Assembly (NCBI GenBank): GCA_964455195.1
Contig: CAYVUY010000001.1
Location: 3,642-67,641 of the forward strand
DNA: 64,000 nt
Source of the DNA: an uncultured Candidatus Saccharibacteria bacterium
GTDB lineage: Bacteria; Patescibacteriota; Minisyncoccia; Phycocordibacterales; UBA5272
Direction: 5' to 3'
Shown in pieces: positions 45,432 through 54,071 of this stretch. Every line of letters starts with the position of its first letter. Position 1 is the stretch's first letter. The translations under genes and the position numbers were made by a program. The notes beneath the pieces were generated by a model that saw nothing but the letters and a program-made list of their open reading frames with translations, was not told the DNA's origin and ran no database searches.

Positions 45432-46358
45432 ATGAACACTCTTTACGACCTTATTATTATCGGTGGTGGACCAGCAGGTACAGCAGCTGCCGTGTACGCA
45501 GCGAGAAAGCAACTTAAAACTGCTCTAATTCTTAAAGAGTGGGGTGGGCAATCTACTGTATCAGACGATATTCAGAACTGGATAGGAACACCACATATAA
45601 GTGGCGCCAAACTTGCAGAATCCCTCAAGGCTCACGTGGAAGAGTACAAAGGTGAGTACTTAGATATTATTGATGGTTCACTTGCTACAAACATTATTGG
45701 GGAAGCTGGTGACTTCACTGTGACGCTCGAAAATAGCCTTACTCATAAGACCAAAACAGTTCTTATTTCTACTGGTTCATCTCGTCGTAAACTAGATATT
45801 CCAGGTGCTAATGAATTTGAAAATAAAGGTATCACCTATTGTGCTTCATGTGACGGACCACTCTTTGGAGGAATGGACGTTGTTGTTGTGGGTGGTGGGA
45901 ATGCAGGTTTTGAATCCGCTGCGCAATTGCTCGCTTACTGTAAGTCAGTCACACTACTATCTCGTAGCGAACCAAGAGCAGATGAGATTACTGTGAAAAA
46001 GTTACTCACTAGACCGAACTTTAAACTTATTAAAAATGTAGCACCGAAAAGTATACAAGGTTCTGTATTCGTAGAATCAATTACGTATACTGACACAGTC
46101 ACAAATACTGATACCACACTACCGGTATCTGCGGTGTTCGTAGAAATTGGCCAAATACCTGCTACCTCTTTCGCAAAAGACTTGGTAAAAGTAAATGAAA
46201 TAGGAAACATAATTATCGATCCTCGTACGCAAGAAACTAGTGTAGAAGGTATCTGGGCAGCAGGAGACTGTACCGATGTCCTCTATCATCAGAACAATAT
46301 CGCAGCAGGTGACGCAGTACGAGCACTTGAAGATATTTATCTTCATATACACGCATAG
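45432..46358 (+). CDS. trxB: Thioredoxin-disulfide reductase
   Basis: IIIGGGPAGTAAAVYAAR (FAD). Redox-active CASCDG. VVVVGGGNAGFESA (NADPH). Extended -10 TGGTATACT upstream. Confidence 0.9.
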   Translation: MNTLYDLIIIGGGPAGTAAAVYAARKQLKTALILKEWGGQSTVSDDIQNWIGTPHISGAKLAESLKAHVEEYKGEYLDIIDGSLATNIIGEAGDFTVTLENSLTHKTKTVLISTGSSRRKLDIPGANEFENKGITYCASCDGPLFGGMDVVVVGGGNAGFESAAQLLAYCKSVTLLSRSEPRADEITVKKLLTRPNFKLIKNVAPKSIQGSVFVESITYTDTVTNTDTTLPVSAVFVEIGQIPATSFAKDLVKVNEIGNIIIDPRTQETSVEGIWAAGDCTDVLYHQNNIAAGDAVRALEDIYLHIHA

Positions 46359-46470
46359 AAAAAGCACTGCCTGCGGCAGTGCTTTTTCTTTATCATATAT
46401 ACATTATAACATACATAACCCTCACGAAACAAGACTATTCTTTTCTCGTCAACAGTGTTACGCTATACCC

Positions 46471-48213
46471 ATGCAAAAATACGTATCAACAATACTTAGA
46501 CTTTGGAAATTGCTCAAACCATTTCATAAAGATTTTTACATACAGCTCTCTTCAACCATCGTTCAGCAAGTTATTCAGGTTGGAATTACTTACATTTTTG
46601 CACGTACCTTAGATTCGCTAGTGACCAAAAATATACCGATTTTACTTTGGATAATTTTCCTGTATCCATTTTTAAATATTATTAAAAATAGAATTGGTTA
46701 CTACACAGATATTCACTCTATAAAAAGATTAGACAATGCTATTCAGCAATATCTAGAAGAATTCTCTTTTAAAAAAATCTTTAATTTAAATGTATCTCAA
46801 TTTAGAGAAGACCACTCTGCAATTAAACTACAAGTGATTAACCGCGGAGAATCTGCCGTGGAATCAATCGTCTCCACTATCGTACTTACTTTTTTACCTG
46901 CGGTAAGTCAGGTTATTTTGGCTCTTATCGCTATTTCTTTTTATTCAATAAGTGTTGCTCTTTGGTGTCTAGCGACTCTCACATTAGCAATCATATGGAG
47001 TAATCATTTTTCAAACTTTCATCGTCCGCTAATTAAAGAAAATATAGATAACTGGGATAAGCAACGTAAAATTCGCGCTGAGGCTTTTCAGCATTTGGCA
47101 CTTATTAAACTGCTATCTTCTGAAGTTCACTACATAAAAAAGTATCTTGCTAACAGATTCAAATATATAACGTTCAATATCAATGTGTGGAGTCTTGCTT
47201 CAAAACATGTTTTTAATCGTGGTCTTTTCCTTATTGTGAGTAGGACTGTCAGTTTTTTAATTATTATAGTGCTTTACTTAAAATCTCTCGTTAGTCTCGG
47301 AGCTGTATATGCTCTATGGTCTTGGATTAATGATATTTATGGAACAATACAAAGTATTGTTCAAACGTTACGACAAGTACCATTACGTTTTGTTGAACTT
47401 GATAAGTACTTAGACATCATTGACAAGGAGGCTTCATTTAAAGAAGAGGGGCCTTCATTATTTCAAGAAGGAGACATCGTATTTGACGATGTATCTTTCA
47501 AATACCCCCTTGGTCAAAATGATGTTATTAGTAACCTAAATATTACAATTCCTAAAGGAAAAACCATTGCTTTTGTAGGACATTCTGGATCTGGAAAATC
47601 TACTATTGTAAGTCTACTGCTGCGTATTTATGATTGGAACAGTGGAAACATAACTATCAATGGTATTAGTTTAAGAGAAATGAGTGCGAAAGATTTAAGA
47701 GAGCACATAGGATACGTAGAGCAACATGTTGATCTATTCGATGACACAATAAAAGAAAACATACTTCTTGGTGTTAAAAAAGAAGATTTAGAAAAGGCTG
47801 AAAGCAAGATAGAAACTATTGCTCATAAGGCCCGTATTGACCAGTTCTACCACCGTCTCGGGGAGCAAAAGTTTGATACGGTTATTGGTGAACGCGGTAT
47901 TAAACTTTCTGGTGGTGAACGCCAACGTGTAGGAATAGCACGAGCAATTATTAAAGATCCGGAAATATTAATCTTTGATGAAGCAACCTCTTCGCTTGAT
48001 TCCGAAAATGAAAAGTATGTAATGGATGCTATTAATGATGTATCGATTGGTAAAACAACTATCATCATTGCGCATAGATTATCAACAGTACGTAATGCGG
48101 ATAAGATAATTGTTATGGATAAAGGTAAGGTGGTAGGAGAAGGTACACACGAAGAACTAATGCAAAATTCCTCTCAATATAAAACCCTCGTTGAACATCA
48201 AGTGCTTAGTTAA
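46471..48213 (+). CDS. ABC exporter, fused permease and ATPase (MsbA/multidrug-type)
   Basis: Six-TM N-terminal half. Walker A GHSGSGKST. LSGGERQRVGIARA. ILIFDEATS. Confidence 0.85.
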   Translation: MQKYVSTILRLWKLLKPFHKDFYIQLSSTIVQQVIQVGITYIFARTLDSLVTKNIPILLWIIFLYPFLNIIKNRIGYYTDIHSIKRLDNAIQQYLEEFSFKKIFNLNVSQFREDHSAIKLQVINRGESAVESIVSTIVLTFLPAVSQVILALIAISFYSISVALWCLATLTLAIIWSNHFSNFHRPLIKENIDNWDKQRKIRAEAFQHLALIKLLSSEVHYIKKYLANRFKYITFNINVWSLASKHVFNRGLFLIVSRTVSFLIIIVLYLKSLVSLGAVYALWSWINDIYGTIQSIVQTLRQVPLRFVELDKYLDIIDKEASFKEEGPSLFQEGDIVFDDVSFKYPLGQNDVISNLNITIPKGKTIAFVGHSGSGKSTIVSLLLRIYDWNSGNITINGISLREMSAKDLREHIGYVEQHVDLFDDTIKENILLGVKKEDLEKAESKIETIAHKARIDQFYHRLGEQKFDTVIGERGIKLSGGERQRVGIARAIIKDPEILIFDEATSSLDSENEKYVMDAINDVSIGKTTIIIAHRLSTVRNADKIIVMDKGKVVGEGTHEELMQNSSQYKTLVEHQVLS

Positions 48214-48214
48214 A

Positions 48215-48553
48215 TTATTTCTTCTTTTTCGGAAGTGTTGCTACAGAAAGTGCCATATCGAACCATTCACTAAATTCATCTTTATTTTCTAAAACATCAC
48301 TTGGCATAAGAAAGTAATTCATATATTGTTTCTTTCCCTCTTTCATATACCAAAATTTTTTGGCTCCGTGTTCTAAGTACCACCCTTCAGTATTACTGCT
48401 ACCCTTAAAATACAGTTTCTCGTCATCGATAATAGCAAACACCTTACCATCCTTATATAGCGTATATCCTCCCATCATAGCTCTGTAGGTAATACCCTCC
48501 CCTTCACCAAAAACATCATATACAACATATTCCAAAAATGGTGTCGTTTTCAT
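48215..48553 (-). CDS. TfoX/Sxy N-terminal domain protein (competence-regulator-like)
   Basis: YRAMMGGYTLYKDGKVFAIIDDEKLYFK resembles the TfoX_N core (MFGEY.LY.DGK.FAL...D.LY.K). Confidence 0.6.
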   Translation of the reverse strand: MKTTPFLEYVVYDVFGEGEGITYRAMMGGYTLYKDGKVFAIIDDEKLYFKGSSNTEGWYLEHGAKKFWYMKEGKKQYMNYFLMPSDVLENKDEFSEWFDMALSVATLPKKKK

Positions 48554-48608
48554 TTATCTATTCTAGCAATTTTTGTAATGTATTTGTATTCTCACACTTT
48601 AAATGCTA

Positions 48609-48623
48609 AAAGCTACTAGCTTT
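48609..48623. promoter_or_regulatory. Palindrome AAAGCTA-c-TAGCTTT immediately upstream of the mntH -10. Candidate metalloregulator operator.
   Basis: Perfect 7-bp arms. Ends 6 nt before a TATACT -10 (48630-48635). About 20 nt before the NRAMP start. Confidence 0.3.
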
Positions 48624-48642
48624 TCCATGTATACTATTTACT

Positions 48643-49905
48643 ATGAAAGAATTAATACGACGTGTGAAAAAAGCGATGGGGCCGGGAGTTATTACTGGTA
48701 TTGCTGATGATGATCCATCAGGTATAGCAACATATGCTCAGACAGGTGCGATGTTCGGCTATTCTCAATTATGGTTAGCGTTATTCACCTACCCTTTTAT
48801 GGTGGCCATACAAGAAATGTGTGGACGTATAGGTCTAGTAACTGGTAAAGGCTTAGCTGGTGTTATTAAAGGGTACTATTCCAAAAAAGTTCTCTACGGT
48901 GCAATAGCATTACTTGCGATTACCAATATCATTAATATTGGCGCTGACTTAGGTGCTATGGCATCCTCTGTACAACTTTTACTTCCTATCCCCTTCGTCC
49001 CTACGCTTATTTTCCTCACGCTTGCTACCATCATCGCAGAAGTCGTTATTCCATACAAAACCTATGTTTCTGTACTCAAGTGGCTGGCACTCACCGTAAT
49101 AGCTTACATTATCGCAGCATTTGCAGTGCATCAAGATTGGTTACATATTCTAAAAGATACCCTTATTCCAAATATAGAATGGAATAGGGATTTTATTCTT
49201 AATATCACAGCGATGCTAGGAACAACTATTTCTCCGTATTTATTCTTCTGGCAAGCTGACGAAGAAGTAGAAGAGCTTGTGCTTGATAATAAATTACAAG
49301 CAATGGGTAAAGGTGTACCAGCAATAACACAAAGAGATGTTAACCAGATGCGCGTGGATACTGCTTTTGGAATGCTTGTATCTAATATAGTTACCTTCTT
49401 CATTATTATTACTGCAGCAGGCACGCTCGGCGCACAAGGAATAACATCTGTTACCTCTGCAGCTCAAGTAGCAGCATCCCTTGAACCTCTCGCTGGTAAA
49501 TTCTCATCGCTTTTATTTACACTAGGCATTTTGGGTACTGGGTTACTTGCTGTTCCGGTACTTGCAGGATCTGCAGCGTATGCGATTGCGGAAGCGTTCG
49601 GGTGGAATGAAGGACTTGGTAAAACATTTACTCAAGCAAGTAGTTTCTATCTTGTTATTATCATCGCAACGATGATTGGGGTGTTCGTTAACCTTTCTCC
49701 TATTTCACCTATTACCATGCTTTACTACGCAGCTATTTTAAATGGACTCCTTGCTCCTCCCCTTATGATACTTATTCTTCTTATTGGAAATAATAAGTCT
49801 ATTTTAGGAGAGAGAACCAATGGCAAGCTTGGTAATATTCTTGGAATAATCATTACTGTGCTTATGTCAGCACTTACTCTTTATTTCTTGTATAGTCTTT
49901 TCTAA
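48643..49905 (+). CDS. mntH: NRAMP-family divalent metal (Mn/Fe) transporter
   Basis: GPGVITGIADDDPSGIATYAQTGAMFGY matches the NRAMP N-terminal signature. About 11 TM segments. Confidence 0.85.
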   Translation: MKELIRRVKKAMGPGVITGIADDDPSGIATYAQTGAMFGYSQLWLALFTYPFMVAIQEMCGRIGLVTGKGLAGVIKGYYSKKVLYGAIALLAITNIINIGADLGAMASSVQLLLPIPFVPTLIFLTLATIIAEVVIPYKTYVSVLKWLALTVIAYIIAAFAVHQDWLHILKDTLIPNIEWNRDFILNITAMLGTTISPYLFFWQADEEVEELVLDNKLQAMGKGVPAITQRDVNQMRVDTAFGMLVSNIVTFFIIITAAGTLGAQGITSVTSAAQVAASLEPLAGKFSSLLFTLGILGTGLLAVPVLAGSAAYAIAEAFGWNEGLGKTFTQASSFYLVIIIATMIGVFVNLSPISPITMLYYAAILNGLLAPPLMILILLIGNNKSILGERTNGKLGNILGIIITVLMSALTLYFLYSLF

Positions 49906-49920
49906 AGTAATAAATACATA

Positions 49921-49957
49921 AACAAATACACCCGCGCTTCGCGCGGGTGTATTTGTT
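49921..49957. terminator. Bidirectional intrinsic terminator
   Basis: aacaaatacacccgcgc-ttcg-cgcgggtgtatttgtt. Confidence 0.6.
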
Positions 49958-52348
49958 TTAAAATATACTATCTAGTAAACCTGTAAACCAATCCTTAACT
50001 GATGTTCCTCCACTTACAGTCGGTGCTGTATCTGGTCCTGTAAATTGCTGGAAGAATTCTTCTGATCCCCCAGGTCCATTTGAGTCATTTGGTCCAACAC
50101 CTCCGCCAATACCTTCATCTGGTGATGGACTAGGCATAGGTTGAGGGTTAGAAGATCCATTACCCATTAAGCTACCGACGCCATTAGAAATGGTATCCCA
50201 GAGTCCTCCGAAGGTATAAGTATTATCAGTATTTCCACCTGCACTACCTCCAACTCCATATGTTCCGAAGTATCCACCTGTACTAGAAGACGCTGGCTGA
50301 TCAATAGTAGAATTAGTTCTTCCTATTGTTGCACTTGATTTAAGTGAAGTACTTTTTACTTCTATGGTTGCAGTTACTATATTATTAGGTGAGGATTTTT
50401 TACGGAAATATGAAACTGTTTTTATTCCACCTGTACCCCATGTGCTTTGATCGTATACTATTTTACCCACGAGAGTATTCCCAACAAAATTCCAATCATC
50501 ATTTCCATTGAAATCAACGAAATTACTAGTTGTATTACAATACGTAGCATTAACTGATGCAGGCGAAGTTGGGTTAGCTACTACTGCATAACAAGCTTGA
50601 ATATCTCCTGATTTAGCATTCCCTACTGTAAACGTTACACTACTTCCTTGCGATGTATACAGTGTTCCTGCTTCTGGAGAAATAGTTATTGGATTACTAT
50701 TAACTTCGCCAGTTGAAGTAGTTCCCTTGCATATGAATCCTCCTTGCATAGCTTCTTTCACTGTTCCTTCTGGACAATTACATGGTGCATGACCTAACGT
50801 AGAACGAAATGTATTGATAGGACACACCTCAGGTTCCCCATTTGCAGGTAGAGGACGAAGTATAAAAGCTTCATTTTCACCCAACTTTGCAAGCATTCCA
50901 TCTGCTATGTATCCAGCTTTATTAAAATTAATCAATGAAACAAAAGCAGGTTCTACATTAGATATTGCATATCTTCCGCTGGTGTCGGTAGTTGCGGTAT
51001 ATGAACCTCCGAACCCAACCATAGGAATTACAACATTCACTCCTGCTACTGGTTTACCTGTAGTATCTCTTACAACCCCAGAAACATTCTTAGCTACTTC
51101 AAAACTTGCTTCTCCGTTTGGAGTACAATTAAATATCTTTGCATTCGTATCTGTTGCACTTGTCCCAACTTGGCAGGCAGCAGCACCCTTACTACAACTA
51201 ATACCAGTATCGCCTGCCGGAAGACCTGCAGTAGAAAATGAGCAGCTTAACTTTGGATGATCAAATATTGATGAAGGTGGTGTATGCATGTTCCATCTAT
51301 ATTGAACAGCTGCAACGTTCTGACATGTTGATTGTGTTGTGCGCCATTCAGCAGCAATATACTCACAATCAGTACATCCTCTATATATTCTAAATGGATC
51401 GATTCCTTGTCCCCCTCTTTCATCACAAGGACCGTAGTTAGTAAGTGTTGTTGCTTTCACACCATTTGCCTTCATCGTAATACTTGCAACATTGGCAGAA
51501 ACCATAGGTGGAGTTACTTGCCCTCCTGTATATGGTATTAAAGCAGCAGCAATAGCTTTTACATTATATATTTGATCAGAAGTATTAACTGTAGTTGCTC
51601 CTTGACCATTTGCATAACAAATATACTCTATCTTACCTGTAGAATCCGCATACCATTGAGCTGGAGAAACTCCCATATACTTAGGTAATATTCCACATGA
51701 AATTCCTACGCCCACTTGGCAGAGATCTGATCTACTAGCATTTTCACAAGAAGATGCCGGAGCTCCAACACGACTGAAACGTAACAAATAACCACTAGTA
51801 AAATAACGTGACGGTAATCCTGTAACCGTAACCTTGAATAGTTCATTCTGTGTGGTAACTAATTTATCTACTTCTACATGAAGAACTGTATCGGCTGTTG
51901 TTTGTCCTCCTGTGGTACTTTGATTAAGAGCACTGCTAACTTGTCCCTTTTTAACATCTTGAATATCAATAGTGGTCGTAATAGGTGTAATAGCAACATT
52001 ATTTATCTTTATGATAGAAGCCTTTATTGTTTCATTGGAATCGGTGACACTATCTGCATTAGTCTGTACTCCGAAAATTTTCCCCTCAGTATCTCCCTTA
52101 GCAAAAGGAATAGAGAAATAACCACTTAACCCAGGAACAATGAAATCAGAACCGGCACTAGCTGTCCCTTTTTCTACCTTAATAGTAACTGTTGTCGGTT
52201 CTGTGACATCGTGTGGTATCACAGTAACCACAGCACGAAGCCCTTCTGCTACGGTATAAGCACTTTTAGAGAAGGTAAAACTTGCTGCCGAAGCGAGAGA
52301 AACACTACTGATAATGATTGATAAAAGACTAATGGCTATTTTATTCAT
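49958..52348 (-). CDS. Large secreted surface protein (796 aa). Calx-beta domain, CarboxypepD_reg/Cna-B-like domain, Cys/Thr/Gly-rich regions, Gly-rich C-terminus. Putative adhesin.
   Basis: Signal peptide MNKIAISLLSIIISSVSLASA. Calx-beta motif KGTASAGSDF...AKGDTEGKIF. DTTGKPVAGVNVVI...TDTSGRYAISNV. Confidence 0.65.
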   Translation of the reverse strand: MNKIAISLLSIIISSVSLASAASFTFSKSAYTVAEGLRAVVTVIPHDVTEPTTVTIKVEKGTASAGSDFIVPGLSGYFSIPFAKGDTEGKIFGVQTNADSVTDSNETIKASIIKINNVAITPITTTIDIQDVKKGQVSSALNQSTTGGQTTADTVLHVEVDKLVTTQNELFKVTVTGLPSRYFTSGYLLRFSRVGAPASSCENASRSDLCQVGVGISCGILPKYMGVSPAQWYADSTGKIEYICYANGQGATTVNTSDQIYNVKAIAAALIPYTGGQVTPPMVSANVASITMKANGVKATTLTNYGPCDERGGQGIDPFRIYRGCTDCEYIAAEWRTTQSTCQNVAAVQYRWNMHTPPSSIFDHPKLSCSFSTAGLPAGDTGISCSKGAAACQVGTSATDTNAKIFNCTPNGEASFEVAKNVSGVVRDTTGKPVAGVNVVIPMVGFGGSYTATTDTSGRYAISNVEPAFVSLINFNKAGYIADGMLAKLGENEAFILRPLPANGEPEVCPINTFRSTLGHAPCNCPEGTVKEAMQGGFICKGTTSTGEVNSNPITISPEAGTLYTSQGSSVTFTVGNAKSGDIQACYAVVANPTSPASVNATYCNTTSNFVDFNGNDDWNFVGNTLVGKIVYDQSTWGTGGIKTVSYFRKKSSPNNIVTATIEVKSTSLKSSATIGRTNSTIDQPASSSTGGYFGTYGVGGSAGGNTDNTYTFGGLWDTISNGVGSLMGNGSSNPQPMPSPSPDEGIGGGVGPNDSNGPGGSEEFFQQFTGPDTAPTVSGGTSVKDWFTGLLDSIF

Positions 52349-52424
52349 ATACTTAATGGTATCTCGTTATAAATACAAAAGAAAGCCTTTATAATAAAGG
52401 CCTGTGGAGAACATTTTTTTACAA

Positions 52425-52442
52425 TATAGCATATATGCTATA
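52425..52442. promoter_or_regulatory. Perfect 18-bp palindrome TATAGCATA|TATGCTATA, 34 nt upstream of the HTH-MurA start. Candidate autoregulatory operator.
   Basis: 9+9 perfect inverted repeat overlapping -10-like TACAAT/TATACA elements. Confidence 0.45.
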
Positions 52443-52475
52443 CAATAATACTTATACACGTATCGAAATTTATTT

Positions 52476-53993
52476 ATGAAAAACACCTTGGAAGATGCGG
52501 GGAAAATAGGACTATTTATTAAACAACTCCGCGAAGAAAGAGACTTAACCCAAGGAGATTTAGCTGACGCACTGAAAACAACTCAAAGCGTCGTTGCTCG
52601 TATCGAAACAGGTAAGCAAAATATTACCATAGAACAGATTTCTAAAATTTCTGAAGTCTTAGGCCGACCTATTCTTTCTCTTCAAGATACACTTGATTTT
52701 AAAATCGAAGGTGGGCGCAAACTTTCAGGAAGTATTGAAACCAACACGTCTAAGAATGGTGCTATTAATATGCTGGTTGCTTCTCTTGCAAATAGCGGCA
52801 CCACCATATTACATGGTATTCCACATATTGAAGAAGTGTATAGATATATAGAACTTTTAGAGAGTATTGGCGTTAAGGTACGCTGGATAAAAGATAACTC
52901 AGTAGAAATAGTACCTCCCAAAAAATTAAATCTAAAGGCCATGAACAAGAACGTTGCGATGAAAATACGCTCTTTCACTTTTATCGGCGCTTTCATTCAC
53001 TATAGTAATCACTTTTCACTCCCCCACTCTGGAGGATGCAAAATGGGTGAACGCACTGTAGCATCTCATAAATATGCTCTTGAGCATCTAGGTGTAAAAA
53101 CGGTGACGAAAGAAAGTTTCTATGCTATCTCATATACCAAACTACAACCTGGTCGCATTCCACTCTATGAATCTTCTGACACCGGTGCTATCACCGCTAT
53201 TATTGCTGCATCTCGTATCCCAGGGGTGACAGTAATTAAATTTGCTCCACCTAATTATCAAGTTCAGGATGTTTGTTTCTTAATGGAAAAGATGGGGGTC
53301 AAGATTGAAGGTATAGGAACGAGCACACTTACTATTCATGGTAAGAAAGATATTAATGTAAATATAGAACATCATAACAGTGAAGACCCTATAGAAAGTA
53401 TGTTCTTCATCTCTGCGGCAATAGTAACTAAATCTAAGCTCACCATTACTAGATGTCCTATTGATTTCTTAGAACTAGAACTAGAGAAGCTTCGTCATAT
53501 GGGACTCATATACCGACTTTCAAAACCTTACCTTTCGTATAATGGTCGCACTCATTTAGTAGATATTACTATTATGCCGTCGAAGCTTACTGCTCCGACA
53601 GATAAAATCCACACCCAACCTTTCCCTGGAATAAATAATGACAACCTTCCATTCTTCGTACCAATATGTAGTTTTGCAGAAGGTCAAACCCTTATTCATG
53701 ATTGGACATGGGAAAACCGTGCTATTTATTTTACAGAACTCAATAGACTTGGGGCAGATATTAAATTACTTGATCCACATCGAGCACTCGTAACTGGTGT
53801 GAAAAAACTTCGTGGTGCTCAGATAGTTTCCCCTCCAGCATTACGCCCTACTGCTATTATTCTTATCGCCATGCTGGCTGCAGAAGGAACATCTATGCTT
53901 CGTAATGTGTATTCTATTAAACGTGGCTACGCTGATATAGCAGAAAGACTTAATTCTATCGGCGCCAAAATAACTGTCATTAAAGGAGTGTAA
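52476..53993 (+). CDS. murA: Fusion protein: N-terminal XRE-family HTH DNA-binding domain plus full-length UDP-N-acetylglucosamine 1-carboxyvinyltransferase (MurA/EPT family)
   Basis: IKQLREERDLTQGDLADALKTTQSVVARIETGKQNITIEQISKISEVLG (Cro/C1 HTH). Then GSIETNTSKNGAINMLVASLANSGTTILHGIPHIEEV and LPHSGGCKMGERTVASH (MurA active-site Cys loop). Confidence 0.8.
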   Translation: MKNTLEDAGKIGLFIKQLREERDLTQGDLADALKTTQSVVARIETGKQNITIEQISKISEVLGRPILSLQDTLDFKIEGGRKLSGSIETNTSKNGAINMLVASLANSGTTILHGIPHIEEVYRYIELLESIGVKVRWIKDNSVEIVPPKKLNLKAMNKNVAMKIRSFTFIGAFIHYSNHFSLPHSGGCKMGERTVASHKYALEHLGVKTVTKESFYAISYTKLQPGRIPLYESSDTGAITAIIAASRIPGVTVIKFAPPNYQVQDVCFLMEKMGVKIEGIGTSTLTIHGKKDINVNIEHHNSEDPIESMFFISAAIVTKSKLTITRCPIDFLELELEKLRHMGLIYRLSKPYLSYNGRTHLVDITIMPSKLTAPTDKIHTQPFPGINNDNLPFFVPICSFAEGQTLIHDWTWENRAIYFTELNRLGADIKLLDPHRALVTGVKKLRGAQIVSPPALRPTAIILIAMLAAEGTSMLRNVYSIKRGYADIAERLNSIGAKITVIKGV

Positions 53994-54071
53994 GTGTACA
54001 ACTAGTGGATACCTATCTACACCAAAAATAAAATACTCTATATACTTCATATATACTACGCTCTTGGCGTT

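Noticed and set aside
46276-46470. 65-aa N-terminal extension of the ABC exporter ORF
   Set aside because: It is an AT-rich low-complexity translation overlapping the trxB 3' end. MQKYVSTILRLWKLLKPF at 46471 begins the TM domain.
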